64,000 nt of DNA from assembly GCA_027923505.1 (NCBI GenBank), contig BROI01000016.1, positions 248,001 to 312,000 on the forward strand, written 5' to 3'. A model generated the notes under the pieces. The model ran no database searches, was not told the origin of the DNA, and was given only the letters and a program-made list of their open reading frames with translations. The DNA comes from Mayamaea pseudoterrestris. Taxonomy: Eukaryota. The translations under genes were made by a program, and so were the position numbers. This document shows positions 1 to 11,426 of the stretch, piece by piece (within the stretch, counting starts at the first letter, position 1; each line of letters begins with the position of its first letter).

Positions 1-123
1 GTCGTGGCGGATACGCAGCGACTGTAAAAGCGACTGACATGCAATCGGACATGGAGATGCATGAACGTACATCCAAGCAGACTTTCATAAAGTAGTTGCG
101 GATTGATGATAATTAAACAAAAT

Positions 124-2923
124 TTAGATGAATGCACCACCTACTGGAAGGCTTTTTGGACCGTCTTGCTGTACTATGGCATCCAATGACTGAATCAAGA
201 GTTCGACGCGGGCGTAGCAGTCGCCAGTTTCGGGTCCCAAAACAGCGTAGCCGTTAGCTAGGAAGCGACGAAGCATATCCACATCCGACTTGACGGCCTG
301 CTCCATGGACTTGTTTGCATGATGACGCGCATTAAATTGCGTCGCCGACCCATGGAGGGCGGCAACAGACGCCTGCAAATCAGCACTCTCGACAAAACAT
401 CTTAGTCGCGAAATGTGAATGGACATTCTCACAATGTCCTGACAAACTTCTTCGGTCAAGACACCCACATACTCTTCCTTATGAATCGTATCGTCATTTG
501 TTTTCATGTCAGCCTCCTTTGATTGGTCTTTATCGTCATCAGCACTGAGTTTCCTTGCCCAATGTGTCAGTTCGTCGCAAAACCACTGTTCCACCCCGGG
601 CAGCTTTTCGGTAGATTTTTGGCTACTGGAATCAGAGCTTGCAACTCGCATGACCTTGTGCAGCAACTCTATTGTGCGCATTGCAAATTCCCTTTCGTCA
701 ATGAACGTGCCGATCGCAGTTTTCACACATGGTAACGCCAAATCTTTCCATGTGAATCGACCCATTGTTTCGCCATTTCCGGAAAGCGCCCAATAATCAT
801 CTCTCAATCTCCGAACAGGCAGTCCATGTCGTAGCAATCGTCGCACAATGTGGAACTCGACTAACGAAACGTGCAGTCGCCGGCAACTGACCTCCACTTC
901 GCCGGCTTTAAGAAATGGGACGAGCCTCAATTGCTGTTTAAATGGGTGTGCCTTCCGTATGGCGCGATACGTCTCCGTAAAAGTGTCCTTGCCTCCAACT
1001 GAATTTAAAGCGGACACTTTATTCGGCGACAAGCGCTTACGCGAAAGCAGCTTGGAAGATGCAGGAACAGACTGCAGTTGCGGCTGCTGCCTCGCCGAAC
1101 GACCTGTCATCGGGGCCATATCTTGGTCAAGCGCAGATTTCGCTGCTGCAATCACATCATTTTGGGAGACACTATTTGGCGTTGAGAGCTTGTGCGGTAG
1201 GTGCCCGGGAATGGCGGGGACTGACTGCGACTGCGACTGCCGTAGAGCCGAATGTCCCGACGAAGCGTTAATGTCTTGGCCAAGTCCAGCCTTCGCTGCT
1301 TCCATGACATCATCGTGGCATTTCTGAAACAATAACCTCTGCTGCGCGACCAAAGCCACTTCTGCAGAGAATGAATCTGTCGGAGACCGTTCTTCCTTGT
1401 TCTGACTGCTACTTTTTGCTCGTGCCTGCAATGGAGTTCCATCCGCAATAGCAAGTTGTAGAGCTCTCGCTGCTTCTGCGACTGCTTCCATGTTTGTCAT
1501 TTCTAGCCAGCGGACTTGGCCTGTAGTGGACAATATCTTATGCAAGAAACGGCCTCTCGTACCCTTGACGGCAGCTACGACTTCTTTGGCCACTTTATCA
1601 CTATTGTGTCGCTCACGTAGCGCTGCCACGTAGTCATTTCGTCGACTACCTGCAATCTCGTAAAAGCGTTTATTACCTGGAAGGCACCAATATGTATCGG
1701 GTTTGTCATTTCCTACCAGAACATCTTGGATATTGATGTCTGTAATTGTTTCATCGGAAAGCGGGTTTTTGAATGAGTCGTTGCCACCAATTGATGCTTT
1801 ACTGACAGAATTCCGCGACTGCGGCTCCGGCGACACGGCGACTGGATGCGAAAACATCCGATTTACTATACAAGCCGGCAATGCAGTACTTTTAACTTGG
1901 TCTGTGTCCGTTGTCGCTGCAGGTTGATCAAAATGAGGTAGCGCCGTCACCGTCGACTTTTTGCAGCGCTGCTCACGCCCCATTGCTAAATCTCGTATAG
2001 CTTGCTCTGTTTTGGCCATGACAACAAAATCTGAGACTTCCGTCCACTTTGTGATTGCGTCGTCGGTATTCGAGTTAATCGGGCGTAGAAACCGGCCGCC
2101 TTCGGCCTTGATAGTTGACACGATAGCTCGCACTACTTGTCGCACGTTGCAGTTTAATTGAATTTCCGCCTCGTAGACGCTTTGAAACTGGCAAACAAGC
2201 TCTCGAAAGCATATGTTTCCTTCGTGTTTCTTTGTCTGACTCCCACTTTCGAGCAGGACATCATTGCGAGTAAATTCAGTGATTGTAGTATTGCAGCTGT
2301 CAGCTGAGCCTGCTTCTGATAACGCACGGAAAAGCCAAGAAAGTAAGGGTAATGTAGACTCATGAGTTGCACAAACCAGTCGATTATGGCTCACCTTTTG
2401 TCGCTTGCAGAGCCTGCAATGACTGCCTTTTCGACGAGTCTGACGACTCCATTGTCGCTTGGTCGAAAGCAGCCATCGCTCCGTCGGGCCTTGCAACGTT
2501 GAGACTGGTCCGCTGCGACTGTCGAGAGTCGGACGCCTTGCCAGCCTGCTGATACTCTTTGTGTTTCGGCATCATTTTGCGTTGTTTCGCCATTTGAAAA
2601 ATGTCAAGCAGTTGGAATGTCTTTTGGAAGGCCTCCCTGTTCGAGGCTTGTGTCCAACCACACGTCCCGTCCACGCAAGACGCAAAGAGAAACCGACCAC
2701 CTTCGGCATTGATGGCAGCGACGATCTCCATTGCAACTTGTGCATTCAACGGTTTCCGAGCTGCTTTCGCGTTTGCTGTCAAATGACGCGCGGCCATTTC
2801 TTGAAAGCGAACGTTTCCTGGATGAGATGAAATGTCGCCTTGAGTAGTTCCAAAAAGAATGTCGTTGGAAGCAATGTTGGTAATGAAGGGATCTTGTCCA
2901 ATGTTTGAATCATTGTTGTCCAT
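124..2923 (-). CDS. Protein with three DUF6824-like domains; 2 exons (2923-2395, 2315-124); alternative start at 3046
   Basis: Three repeats of 'NDILxG...HxGNxxF...IVxxIxxxGGRFL...WxE' across ORFs 2384..3046 and 124..2496. A GTGAG...CAG intron at 2394-2316 (79 nt) joins them in frame (K-E-A-G-S). Confidence 0.8.
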
Positions 2924-3688
2924 GGCGAACGTTTTAATTAGATGCTGCGAATGGCAACGATGGTTCATATATAATGAGAATGCACAGGAATACGAATCGC
3001 TATACTTTGGGAAACGACAAGGTCTTCGCCCATCTTGCTCACTCATGAAGAGGCTTAACAGTCAATGCATCATCTCGATATCGATCGTTTCCGTATTGCT
3101 TACCAGATTATCGAAAATCAATGAGGCAGATAGGAACGTTCCAAGTGAATGGCAGAATCATCGTCATGGTCGTTGTTGAAACAGAGACGAAAGGGCCGCG
3201 TCGATTGATTGCGCTGCGACTCCCAAGACTCACAATTGCCGTCATTAACTGTAAGTAAGAGTATTGTATTTTTAGCCGTTTCGGACGCTCACGAGTATGG
3301 TTCTAGCTTCAGTCCTCGGACACTTGGATTGCAAGCACAATCGAACATAATGACTTCGAAACTTCGTTGTAGTTGCCATCCATCAAAGCAGCTGGTAAAT
3401 GTAATGTATGTAAGATTAGCAGCAGCCATTTTGCATGAATCAAGCAACTTGACTCTATAGTACCTTGCCATATCATGTCAGTGCTATTCTTGAAAGTTTT
3501 TCAGCAGCAGCAGACCAAGCTTGTCGCATCAGAAAACAGCAATTGCTGCTCCAATCCGACATACGATACATTCCTGTCCTGTCAAACATCAGACACATGG
3601 CCCTTGTTGGGTTGTTGGCAGATGAATCAACAAGGATCAGCAAGGCTAGAGCTTATCTTCAGCTTGTGATGGTGTTTTCTTTTGGAAC

Positions 3689-4232
3689 AGGCTTCAGTTC
3701 ATCATTGATCAGTAAAACTTGTCAATGCAATCCTGCCATGGTAGTGGAAGGGTGGAATGGTGTGGTATAGTCTCATTTCATTGGTTTATGAACCATAAAA
3801 TGATGGGCCTAGCCATTGTTCCTGCTAAATGCCACCTGCTCTGGCGGCCACAAGCACATGGAATTTTCCAGTCTTGCGCACAAACCCAAAATAGATCTTT
3901 GGTGACTGCTCTACATCCCATGGCATGGATTACAATCACCAGGCTTTGGCCACACTGTGGCCAATGCTACAGAGAATGTGTAGAAACAACTACACCAGCT
4001 GACTTTCAACACCAACCAGGATCCAATAACTTGATAAAGGAGGCTTCAGTTCATCATTGATCAGTTATACATGTCAATGCTATCCTGCCATGGTAGTGGA
4101 AGGGTGCCATGGTGTGGTATAGTCTCATTTCATTGATTTATGAACCATAAAATGATGGGCCTAGCCATTGTTCCTGCTATATGCCACTTGCTCTGGCACC
4201 CACAAGCACATGGAATGATCCAGTCTTGCGCA
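3689..4232. repeat. Direct repeat, ~190 bp x2 with 352-bp spacing (3689-3880, 4041-4232), in CpG-depleted DNA
   Basis: AGGCTTCAGTTCATCATTGATCAG...CCAGTCTTGCGCA occurs twice with scattered substitutions. The second copy ends exactly at the LTR start. Confidence 0.9.
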
Positions 4233-4545
4233 TTGCAGGATGCGAACGAAAACAGCGAAAATCGGGCAAGTCACACCGAATGTCCGATAGGGTGACACAG
4301 CGGCACTCGCGGCTCACCACAGCCTCACGATCGCGTGATGCGTGGCAGCGACGGCTTCGAAGCGATTCAACAAGTATATTGCTGAAACTAGTGCGATATA
4401 GAGTAGAAACAAGCAGACTTACTAAGCTTGAAGAGTTAAGAAAGCGATTTATTCGTCTCTCGTATTGTAGCAACTGCAAGCTTGGATTGGCCATCCAAGG
4501 ACAGCTACAAGCGAAAGGTGCAACGATTTGATTTACAAGTTACAA
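4233..4545 (+). repeat. 5' LTR (313 bp)
   Basis: Appears identical to 10498-10810; begins TTGCAGG and ends TTACAA. Confidence 0.95.
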
Positions 4546-4694
4546 GATTAACACTGTCTTGAGACTCATTGCCTCGGCATAGAGACTTTATCGACGAAGA
4601 GTACTATTGATTTACGAAGTAACGTGGACGCACGTTGGTTCTTGGCCCGGAAAGTTCCGCAGGTGATAGCAAGAACATTGTCACGACGACAACG

Positions 4695-6881
4695 ATGGCG
4701 GAAACTCGCGCGCAGAAAGACGCGGCGTTTGCGCATGTTTACGAAGAGAACGTAGGCGTTTTCCAAGATCCTCAGTTCAAGGAGTTATTCGACGAACTCG
4801 GAGTAGAATCGCTTACGCAACTGATCGAGATGGAGTACGACGATTTCGCGACGAAGTGGAACGTCACGACGACGACAACGACGACGACTGACGATGGCGA
4901 CAATGTCACGCAGGAAACGAGCGAACACTCGCTAACGAAGATGAAACAACGCACGATCACGAACGCGATCGAATGGTATTTGGCGCAAGAGTCGCCGGAC
5001 ATCAAGACATGGTCGCAACTGACCACCGAAACGCTGGCGACGTTCGTCACAGCACGAGCGAAGGAACGAGTCCAAGCGCGCAACATTGCGAGCGTGGGCA
5101 GCGGAAGCGGAGCGAAACCTCCAGCGAAGGAAAGCGAAACGGAATCCAAGAAGGACGAATCCAAGGACTCCACGCTAACGAACGAAGGCAACGAGTCGAA
5201 GCCTGACTCGGCCGACAAGGTGCCACCGACGAGTGTGGACGTGGACACGAAGCAGTCACCGACATCCGTACTGGACCTCGGCGACGACGAAGACGACGAG
5301 AAGTATTCAGACCAATTTACGAAGTCTATCAAGTTCTCGGCGAGGGATTGTAAAGAAATGAAGCTGGATTCCTCGTGGAAACAGTGGATTTCCGAGTTGA
5401 AAGTCATCGCTACATTGCATGACTTCCACGAAGTCTTTGACGACGATTATGACCCGAAGGAAAAGGGACCGAAAGAACAGAAGGCGTATGCAAAGAAGAA
5501 TGTGTTTGTATACAGGATCTTTCTCACGCACTGTCGAACTCCGTCTGCATCACTCGCAGTACAGCAGTTCAAGAAGACGATGGACGGACGCGAAGTCTAC
5601 CAACGATTGCGAACGCGATACGAAGAAGGCGCTACTGCTCACATCGAGAAGGAACGCGCGCGAACGGAACTGCAGGGAATGCGGCTGACCGAGAAGTGGT
5701 CACGGCCGACGATCGAATTTCTCGCACTGTTCTACAAGAAAGTCATCTGGCTGCTCGAAATGGACGCAGAAGCTCTGACAGGTTTACAACGATACGACAT
5801 GCTACGCGACGCTTTCTCCGAGCACACAGGATTCAGCGCATCACTAGCAGGTTTTGACGGAATGATTGCCATCAAGAAACACATGGGGCAACACGACTCG
5901 GAAGACAATTTCGCGCAGTTGTACGCGCACTTAGAAGAGTGCTGCATCAAGTATGACAAGAAACACCCATCGACGACGAAGACTAAGCGCACAATCAATC
6001 AAGCGCAGTCTAGTGGAACGAAAGGAGGCGGCGGCGGCAATGGCGGCGCGACTCCAAGCGGCTTATCGGCGGAACGATTTGCAGCGATCATGAAGAAACC
6101 TCACGCGAGCGTGAAGGATGAAGTCTGGTTGAGGATGAAGTTTGATCAGCGAAAGCAGTTGAAGGACAAGCGTGCGACGGCGCCCAAGACACCCGAAAAC
6201 GGATGGCGACCGCGCAACCAACGAGGCACGGCTACGACGCAGACGCAAGTCAACGCGGCGCATCAAGAGCGTCACGCGACGGAATCTGTAGCGAACGATC
6301 ACGCAAGCGTTCCTGGCACGATTAATATTCAGCCCGGCAATAGTGGAATGTCAGTCCAAACGGCTGCACGATCGGTTCTGCAAGCGAACAATGCGAGTAC
6401 TACAACTCAGCAAGTGACAGGATCGTTGACGACTGATAACACCGGACGAGGTACATTCAGCTTCAACATGCATCGTCGTATGCGCGTCAATCGCGCACAC
6501 TACGAGCGGATCAACGAAGGCGCGCTCATCGACAGCGGCGCGAACGGAGGCTTATGCGGAGGAGACATGCTCGTCGTTTCGGAAACGAACGCCGAGGTGG
6601 ATGTGACTGGTATTGACGATCATATTGTCCCAGCTCTCAAGATTGGCACTGCAGCTGGACTGGCAAAGACCCTTAGTGGCGAAACCATTCTGCTTCTGTG
6701 TCACCAGTATGCTTTAAAGCGAGACGGACCGACGATTCATTGCCCGAATCAATTGCGCGCAATGGGACATCGCGTCGACGATATTCCGACCATGTTTGGC
6801 GGAACGCAACGAATTACGACGAACATTGAGGCTACGTTTTGCCATTGGCAATTCGCGATGGCCTGGTGTACTTGGACGTGA
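4695..6881 (+). CDS. Copia gag-protease part of polyprotein (frame lost near 6830)
   Basis: Long ORF from ATG 4695 with copia gag-like region (DGREVYQRLRTRYE) and protease DSGA motif. Confidence 0.85.
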   Translation: MAETRAQKDAAFAHVYEENVGVFQDPQFKELFDELGVESLTQLIEMEYDDFATKWNVTTTTTTTTDDGDNVTQETSEHSLTKMKQRTITNAIEWYLAQESPDIKTWSQLTTETLATFVTARAKERVQARNIASVGSGSGAKPPAKESETESKKDESKDSTLTNEGNESKPDSADKVPPTSVDVDTKQSPTSVLDLGDDEDDEKYSDQFTKSIKFSARDCKEMKLDSSWKQWISELKVIATLHDFHEVFDDDYDPKEKGPKEQKAYAKKNVFVYRIFLTHCRTPSASLAVQQFKKTMDGREVYQRLRTRYEEGATAHIEKERARTELQGMRLTEKWSRPTIEFLALFYKKVIWLLEMDAEALTGLQRYDMLRDAFSEHTGFSASLAGFDGMIAIKKHMGQHDSEDNFAQLYAHLEECCIKYDKKHPSTTKTKRTINQAQSSGTKGGGGGNGGATPSGLSAERFAAIMKKPHASVKDEVWLRMKFDQRKQLKDKRATAPKTPENGWRPRNQRGTATTQTQVNAAHQERHATESVANDHASVPGTINIQPGNSGMSVQTAARSVLQANNASTTTQQVTGSLTTDNTGRGTFSFNMHRRMRVNRAHYERINEGALIDSGANGGLCGGDMLVVSETNAEVDVTGIDDHIVPALKIGTAAGLAKTLSGETILLLCHQYALKRDGPTIHCPNQLRAMGHRVDDIPTMFGGTQRITTNIEATFCHWQFAMAWCTWT

Positions 6882-7946
6882 CGAAACCCACGTTCGATGA
6901 TTTGATAAGTATCCGACTGTCATCATGACGTCGGACGTGCCGGGGACCCGACTGTTTACGATGTCGAGCACGCGCACGACGATTTCGACGAACGAGATCA
7001 CGATTATGGATCTTTCGACGAACGATTCGATGATGACGGTATCACGCACCGCAATCGTCACACGCCGACACGCACTGGCGACGAACTTGACGTACTGATC
7101 AATCGGTGCGTGCGACACGCTCAGTTTTCACGCGTTAATTTGCGGAAGCTAAGAAGCAAGGAACCGGACTATAATGCTCTTCGGCCGTACCTCGGATGGG
7201 TCCCGACTGAGCGCGTTCAACAGACTTTACGTCACACGGAAGCATGGTATCATCTCAGCGCACACCCGCGATTACCATTTCGACACCTCACGAAATCACG
7301 ATTTCCGGCCGCGAACGTTCAGCGGTTGCGCGAACTATTCGCCACGGACACGATACACTCTGACACGCCAGCTTTGGATGATGGAATTTAGGGCATGGGG
7401 AGCTACTAAGAGCAGCTCTTTGTTGGACGAGAAAGTTTTTACACGCGCGGCTACCCGATGAAGTCGGAGAGCGAAATGTCAAACGCGTTAGAGGATTTTA
7501 TCCGCGAAGTGGGCGCTCCTAACGGACTGCTCAGCGACAATGCCAAGTCGGAGACTGGCAAGGCTGTGAGGGATCTCTGTCGGATGTACAATATTCCTCA
7601 AGTGACCACAGAACCGGGTCATCCAGAACAAAATCCATGCGAACGTCACACGTCGCACATTAAGCCAATGATGGAGAACCTCCAACGAGATTCGGGTTCG
7701 CCAGGCCATTGCTGGGTTTTGCTGATTAAATTCGTAATCATGATACTGAACGTCCTCGCGACGAAATCGCTGGGATGGCGCACGCCAACGGAAGTTGCGT
7801 TCGGAAATCTGCCGGATATTTCGCCTTTGTTACATTTCAAGTGGTGGGAACCGGTCACGTTTGAGGCGCAGGGGAGTTTCCCTCGGCGGTACGATCTGGC
7901 AACGGCCGATTCGTGGGCATCGCAGAGAATAGCGGTCCGCACATGA
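6830..7946 (+). pseudogene. Copia integrase region broken by several frameshifts
   Basis: Fragments in alternating frames: GYVLPLAIRDGLVYLD / YPTVIMTSDVP / LRPYLGWVP..SRFPAANVQRL..ATDTIHSDTPA / LLSDNAKSE..WRTPTEVAFG. Confidence 0.8.
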
Positions 7947-10480
7947 CTTTTCTCGTTCTGACGGACGACACGCTTCAGGCGATTCCGCGCTCCAACGTGG
8001 TCTCGCGCAGCTACTTGTTACCACGAGAGTTGCCTTCCTTCCCTGAGTACAGAGGGGAGATTTCTGAAGAAGCTACACGCGCAAGCGAGCGAAATTTTGA
8101 CACTCCCGATCTCGCGACAGGACGCTACCATAGCACGAATGTGACAGAAAGTAGTCACGACAACTACGAAGGAAACGACGACGAAACGATTCCGATGGCG
8201 AACCACGCCAACGTACCAGCGAAGTTCTTCAGAAGGGCTGAGCAAGAATCAGGGAATAAATGCCCTCTGTTCTCTCCAAGCGAACTCATCGGACGCACGT
8301 TCGTAAGGGAACACGAAAACGGTCAGAAAATGCGAGCGACTGTATGCGAATATATCGAAGTACGCGATAACGAGCTACTCGAAACGACGAAAGGTTTCCT
8401 AATCCAAATGGGAGAGGAGCCAGCGAAAGACTTAATAAGTTACAACGAACTGTCGGATTTAATCGAACGACAGATGGACGAAGATATACGAAACGATCCG
8501 GCGACTCAGTGGGTATTCACGAAGGTAATCGGACACGAGCTTAATTTGAAACCGAACGATCCGACATACAAAGGAAGTTCAAGTAACGTTCTCGTCGAAT
8601 GGACTGACGGAACGACGACGTGGGAGCCTCTCGCGATCATGAAGAAGGACGATCCGATAACGATCGCAGAGTATGGACTCAAGCACGGCTTACTCGACAA
8701 GCCAGGATGGAAGCAGCTGGAGCATTACACTCGGAAGCGAAAGAAGTTTCGACAGATGGTAACAGCGGCGAAACGAAAATCGAAAGCAAACGGCGTACGC
8801 TACAAATTCGGCGTAAGGTTGCCGCGCAATTATAAAGATGCGAAAGCTCTCGACGAGATCAACGGCAACACGCTGTGGACGGATGCGATTCGAACGGAAT
8901 TAAATCAGATAAATGATTACGACACGTTCGCAGATCAAGGAGTCGGTAAGGTTATGCCGGCGCCGTGGAAACGAATAAACGTGCACATGATATTCGATGT
9001 CAAGCACGATTTGCGACGGAAAGCACGACTCGTTGCAGGAGGACATATGACAGAGCCGCCGAAGGATTCAGTTTACTCGGGCGTTGTGTCATTGCGAAGT
9101 CTACGAATGGTAGCGATGTTAGCGGAACTCAACGGTCTGGAACTGTGGGCAGCTGACGTCGGCAACGCATACTTGGAAGCGAAAACGAAAGAGAAGGTTT
9201 ATATCGTGGCAGGTCCGGAGTTCGGGGAGCTCGAGGGTCACACGCTCACGATCGTGAAGGCATTATACGGTCTTCGCACGTCAGGCGCACGCTGGCACGA
9301 GCACTTTGCAGACACGCTCCGCGACATTGGCTTCATGCCGTGTATCGCAGAACCGGACGTGTGGATGCGCGATAAAGGCACGCACTACGAATACGTTTGT
9401 GTGTATGTCGACGATTTAGCGATAGCGATGAAGCAACCGAAGGAACTAACGGATCTTTTAATTGAGAACTACAACTACAAGTTGAAGGGCGTCGGTCCAT
9501 TGGCATATCATTTGGGCGCAGACGTTTGGCGAGACGACGACGGCGTACTCTGCTTCGGAGCGAAGAAGTACGTCACAAGACTACTAGCGAACTACAAAGA
9601 AATGTTCGGCGAGGAACCGCGACCGCAGACAAGTCCACTACGCGACGGCGATCATCCGGAACTCGACGAAACGAAAGAACTTGACGACGACGGAATTGCG
9701 AAGTATCAATCGATAATTGGTGCGTTGCAATGGGCAGTAAGTTTATGTCGATTCGACATTCACTGTGCTGTCATGACTATGGGGAGATTCCGAGCTGCGC
9801 CACGAGCGGGGCACTTGGAACGGTTGAAGCATATTTGCGGATACTTACGAAGATACCCGGATGGAGCGATTCGATTCAACGTTTCGATTCCAACGGACGA
9901 GCGATACGCGACAGTTGACAAGATGGATTGGGATTACAGTGTGTACGGCAAGATCTGCGAAGAGCTTCCGTGGAACATGCCCACGCCGCGCGGCAAGGCG
10001 GTGCGAATGTCAACGTTCGAAGATGCGAACCTGTACCACGATTACACGACGGGACGGGCAGCGATGGGCATGCTACACATGTTGAATGGAACAGTCGTTG
10101 ATTGGTTTTCGAAACGCCAAGCGACGGTCGAGACGGCGACGTACGGCTCGGAGTTTGTAGCAGCGAGAGTGAGCACGGAGCAGATCATGGATCTTCGCTT
10201 CACGCTACGCATGTTGGGAGTTCCGCTCGACGGACCTTCATGGATGTTTGGAGACAACAAGTCGGTAACGCAAAGCAGCAACCTACCGCACTCTAGTCTG
10301 ACGAAGCGACACAATGCACTGGCATTTCACCGTGTACGCGAAGCGATTGCGGCGGGAATTATTAATTTCAACCACATCATGGGAACGACAAACCCGGCGG
10401 ATGTACTTACCAAGTTTCTTCCACGGGCTACGGCAAGCAAGCACTTAAAGAACCTGCTCTTCAAGGAATCTAACTATTAG
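7913..10480 (+). CDS. Copia integrase C-terminus, chromo-like module, reverse transcriptase and RNase H
   Basis: 855-aa ORF with DVGNAYLEA, KALYGL, YVDD, WFSKRQATVETATYGSEF and NPADVLTK. Confidence 0.95.
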   Translation: MGIAENSGPHMTFLVLTDDTLQAIPRSNVVSRSYLLPRELPSFPEYRGEISEEATRASERNFDTPDLATGRYHSTNVTESSHDNYEGNDDETIPMANHANVPAKFFRRAEQESGNKCPLFSPSELIGRTFVREHENGQKMRATVCEYIEVRDNELLETTKGFLIQMGEEPAKDLISYNELSDLIERQMDEDIRNDPATQWVFTKVIGHELNLKPNDPTYKGSSSNVLVEWTDGTTTWEPLAIMKKDDPITIAEYGLKHGLLDKPGWKQLEHYTRKRKKFRQMVTAAKRKSKANGVRYKFGVRLPRNYKDAKALDEINGNTLWTDAIRTELNQINDYDTFADQGVGKVMPAPWKRINVHMIFDVKHDLRRKARLVAGGHMTEPPKDSVYSGVVSLRSLRMVAMLAELNGLELWAADVGNAYLEAKTKEKVYIVAGPEFGELEGHTLTIVKALYGLRTSGARWHEHFADTLRDIGFMPCIAEPDVWMRDKGTHYEYVCVYVDDLAIAMKQPKELTDLLIENYNYKLKGVGPLAYHLGADVWRDDDGVLCFGAKKYVTRLLANYKEMFGEEPRPQTSPLRDGDHPELDETKELDDDGIAKYQSIIGALQWAVSLCRFDIHCAVMTMGRFRAAPRAGHLERLKHICGYLRRYPDGAIRFNVSIPTDERYATVDKMDWDYSVYGKICEELPWNMPTPRGKAVRMSTFEDANLYHDYTTGRAAMGMLHMLNGTVVDWFSKRQATVETATYGSEFVAARVSTEQIMDLRFTLRMLGVPLDGPSWMFGDNKSVTQSSNLPHSSLTKRHNALAFHRVREAIAAGIINFNHIMGTTNPADVLTKFLPRATASKHLKNLLFKESNY

Positions 10481-10497
10481 GTATGACTTGAGGGGAG

Positions 10498-10810
10498 TTG
10501 CAGGATGCGAACGAAAACAGCGAAAATCGGGCAAGTCACACCGAATGTCCGATAGGGTGACACAGCGGCACTCGCGGCTCACCACAGCCTCACGATCGCG
10601 TGATGCGTGGCAGCGACGGCTTCGAAGCGATTCAACAAGTATATTGCTGAAACTAGTGCGATATAGAGTAGAAACAAGCAGACTTACTAAGCTTGAAGAG
10701 TTAAGAAAGCGATTTATTCGTCTCTCGTATTGTAGCAACTGCAAGCTTGGATTGGCCATCCAAGGACAGCTACAAGCGAAAGGTGCAACGATTTGATTTA
10801 CAAGTTACAA
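10498..10810 (+). repeat. 3' LTR (313 bp), preceded by polypurine tract 10490-10497
   Basis: Matches 4233-4545. Confidence 0.95.
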
Positions 10811-10820
10811 TCGTCAACGC

Positions 10821-10888
10821 AAGCGGGCCGCTTGGCTAAGCGTGCCGCTTAGGCGGCCCGCTTACCTAAGCGGATCGCTTAAGCGGGG
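10821..10888. repeat. Array of AAGCGG/CCGCTT hexamers in alternating orientation
   Basis: About 9 copies or near-copies forming short palindromes directly after the 3' LTR. Confidence 0.7.
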
Positions 10889-11426
10889 ATTTTGGCAGCT
10901 GTTGCGCGCCAGCCAAGCCTGGCTATGCGCGCGTGCACATTTTGCTTAAGTAATGATTCGCACGACTGGAATTGAGTACCGGAACGATATTTTTGGTGAA
11001 TCAGCGCTTTTTCCGGACGCTCCTGATGCACATCCTGCACTGTCTACTGTCATTGTCGAATGTGCGGATAATTGTAAAGTTCTTTGGCTTGAGTATATCT
11101 CACTTGATGCTGTTGCCCTGACGAGCACACCAGCCAAGAAGGGATGGAACGAACGACGTACAGACGGAATGAAGGACTACCACAAGATCAACGGAATTGC
11201 AAACCGGAGCAATTGGATTGCCTTCAAGGCCATCCGAGTCGCAAGGAAACGGATATGATCAGTTGTTGCAAGATAGGCTCGAGTGTTGTCGACCCAGGAA
11301 CTAAAAGAGATCTCTCTTGGGAGCAGCATAAAGGCTTTGATTGTTTAATTACTACCTGCAGGCTTCCTGTCGTCCGTGTGTTGGTTTCTGCCCGTACCTC
11401 CACAGCTTCGCTTCCTCGTTGTCGTC

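Larger units (their letters stand above)
4233..10810 (+). mobile_element. Ty1/copia LTR retrotransposon (CoDi-like), full length
   Basis: Two LTRs with domain order gag-PR(ALIDSGANGG)-INT(LLSDNAKSE, TEPGHPEQNPCER)-RT(KARLVAGGH, YVDD)-RNaseH(TYGSEFVAAR, NPADVLTK). PPT GAGGGGAG precedes the 3' LTR. Confidence 0.97.

Noticed and set aside
4177..4531. Duplicated ~105-116-aa ORFs (also 10445-10796)
   Set aside because: They are translations of the two LTRs.
6820..6900. Programmed ribosomal frameshift in the copia
   Set aside because: The breaks fall after the protease, are multiple and lack a slippery site, so indels explain them better.
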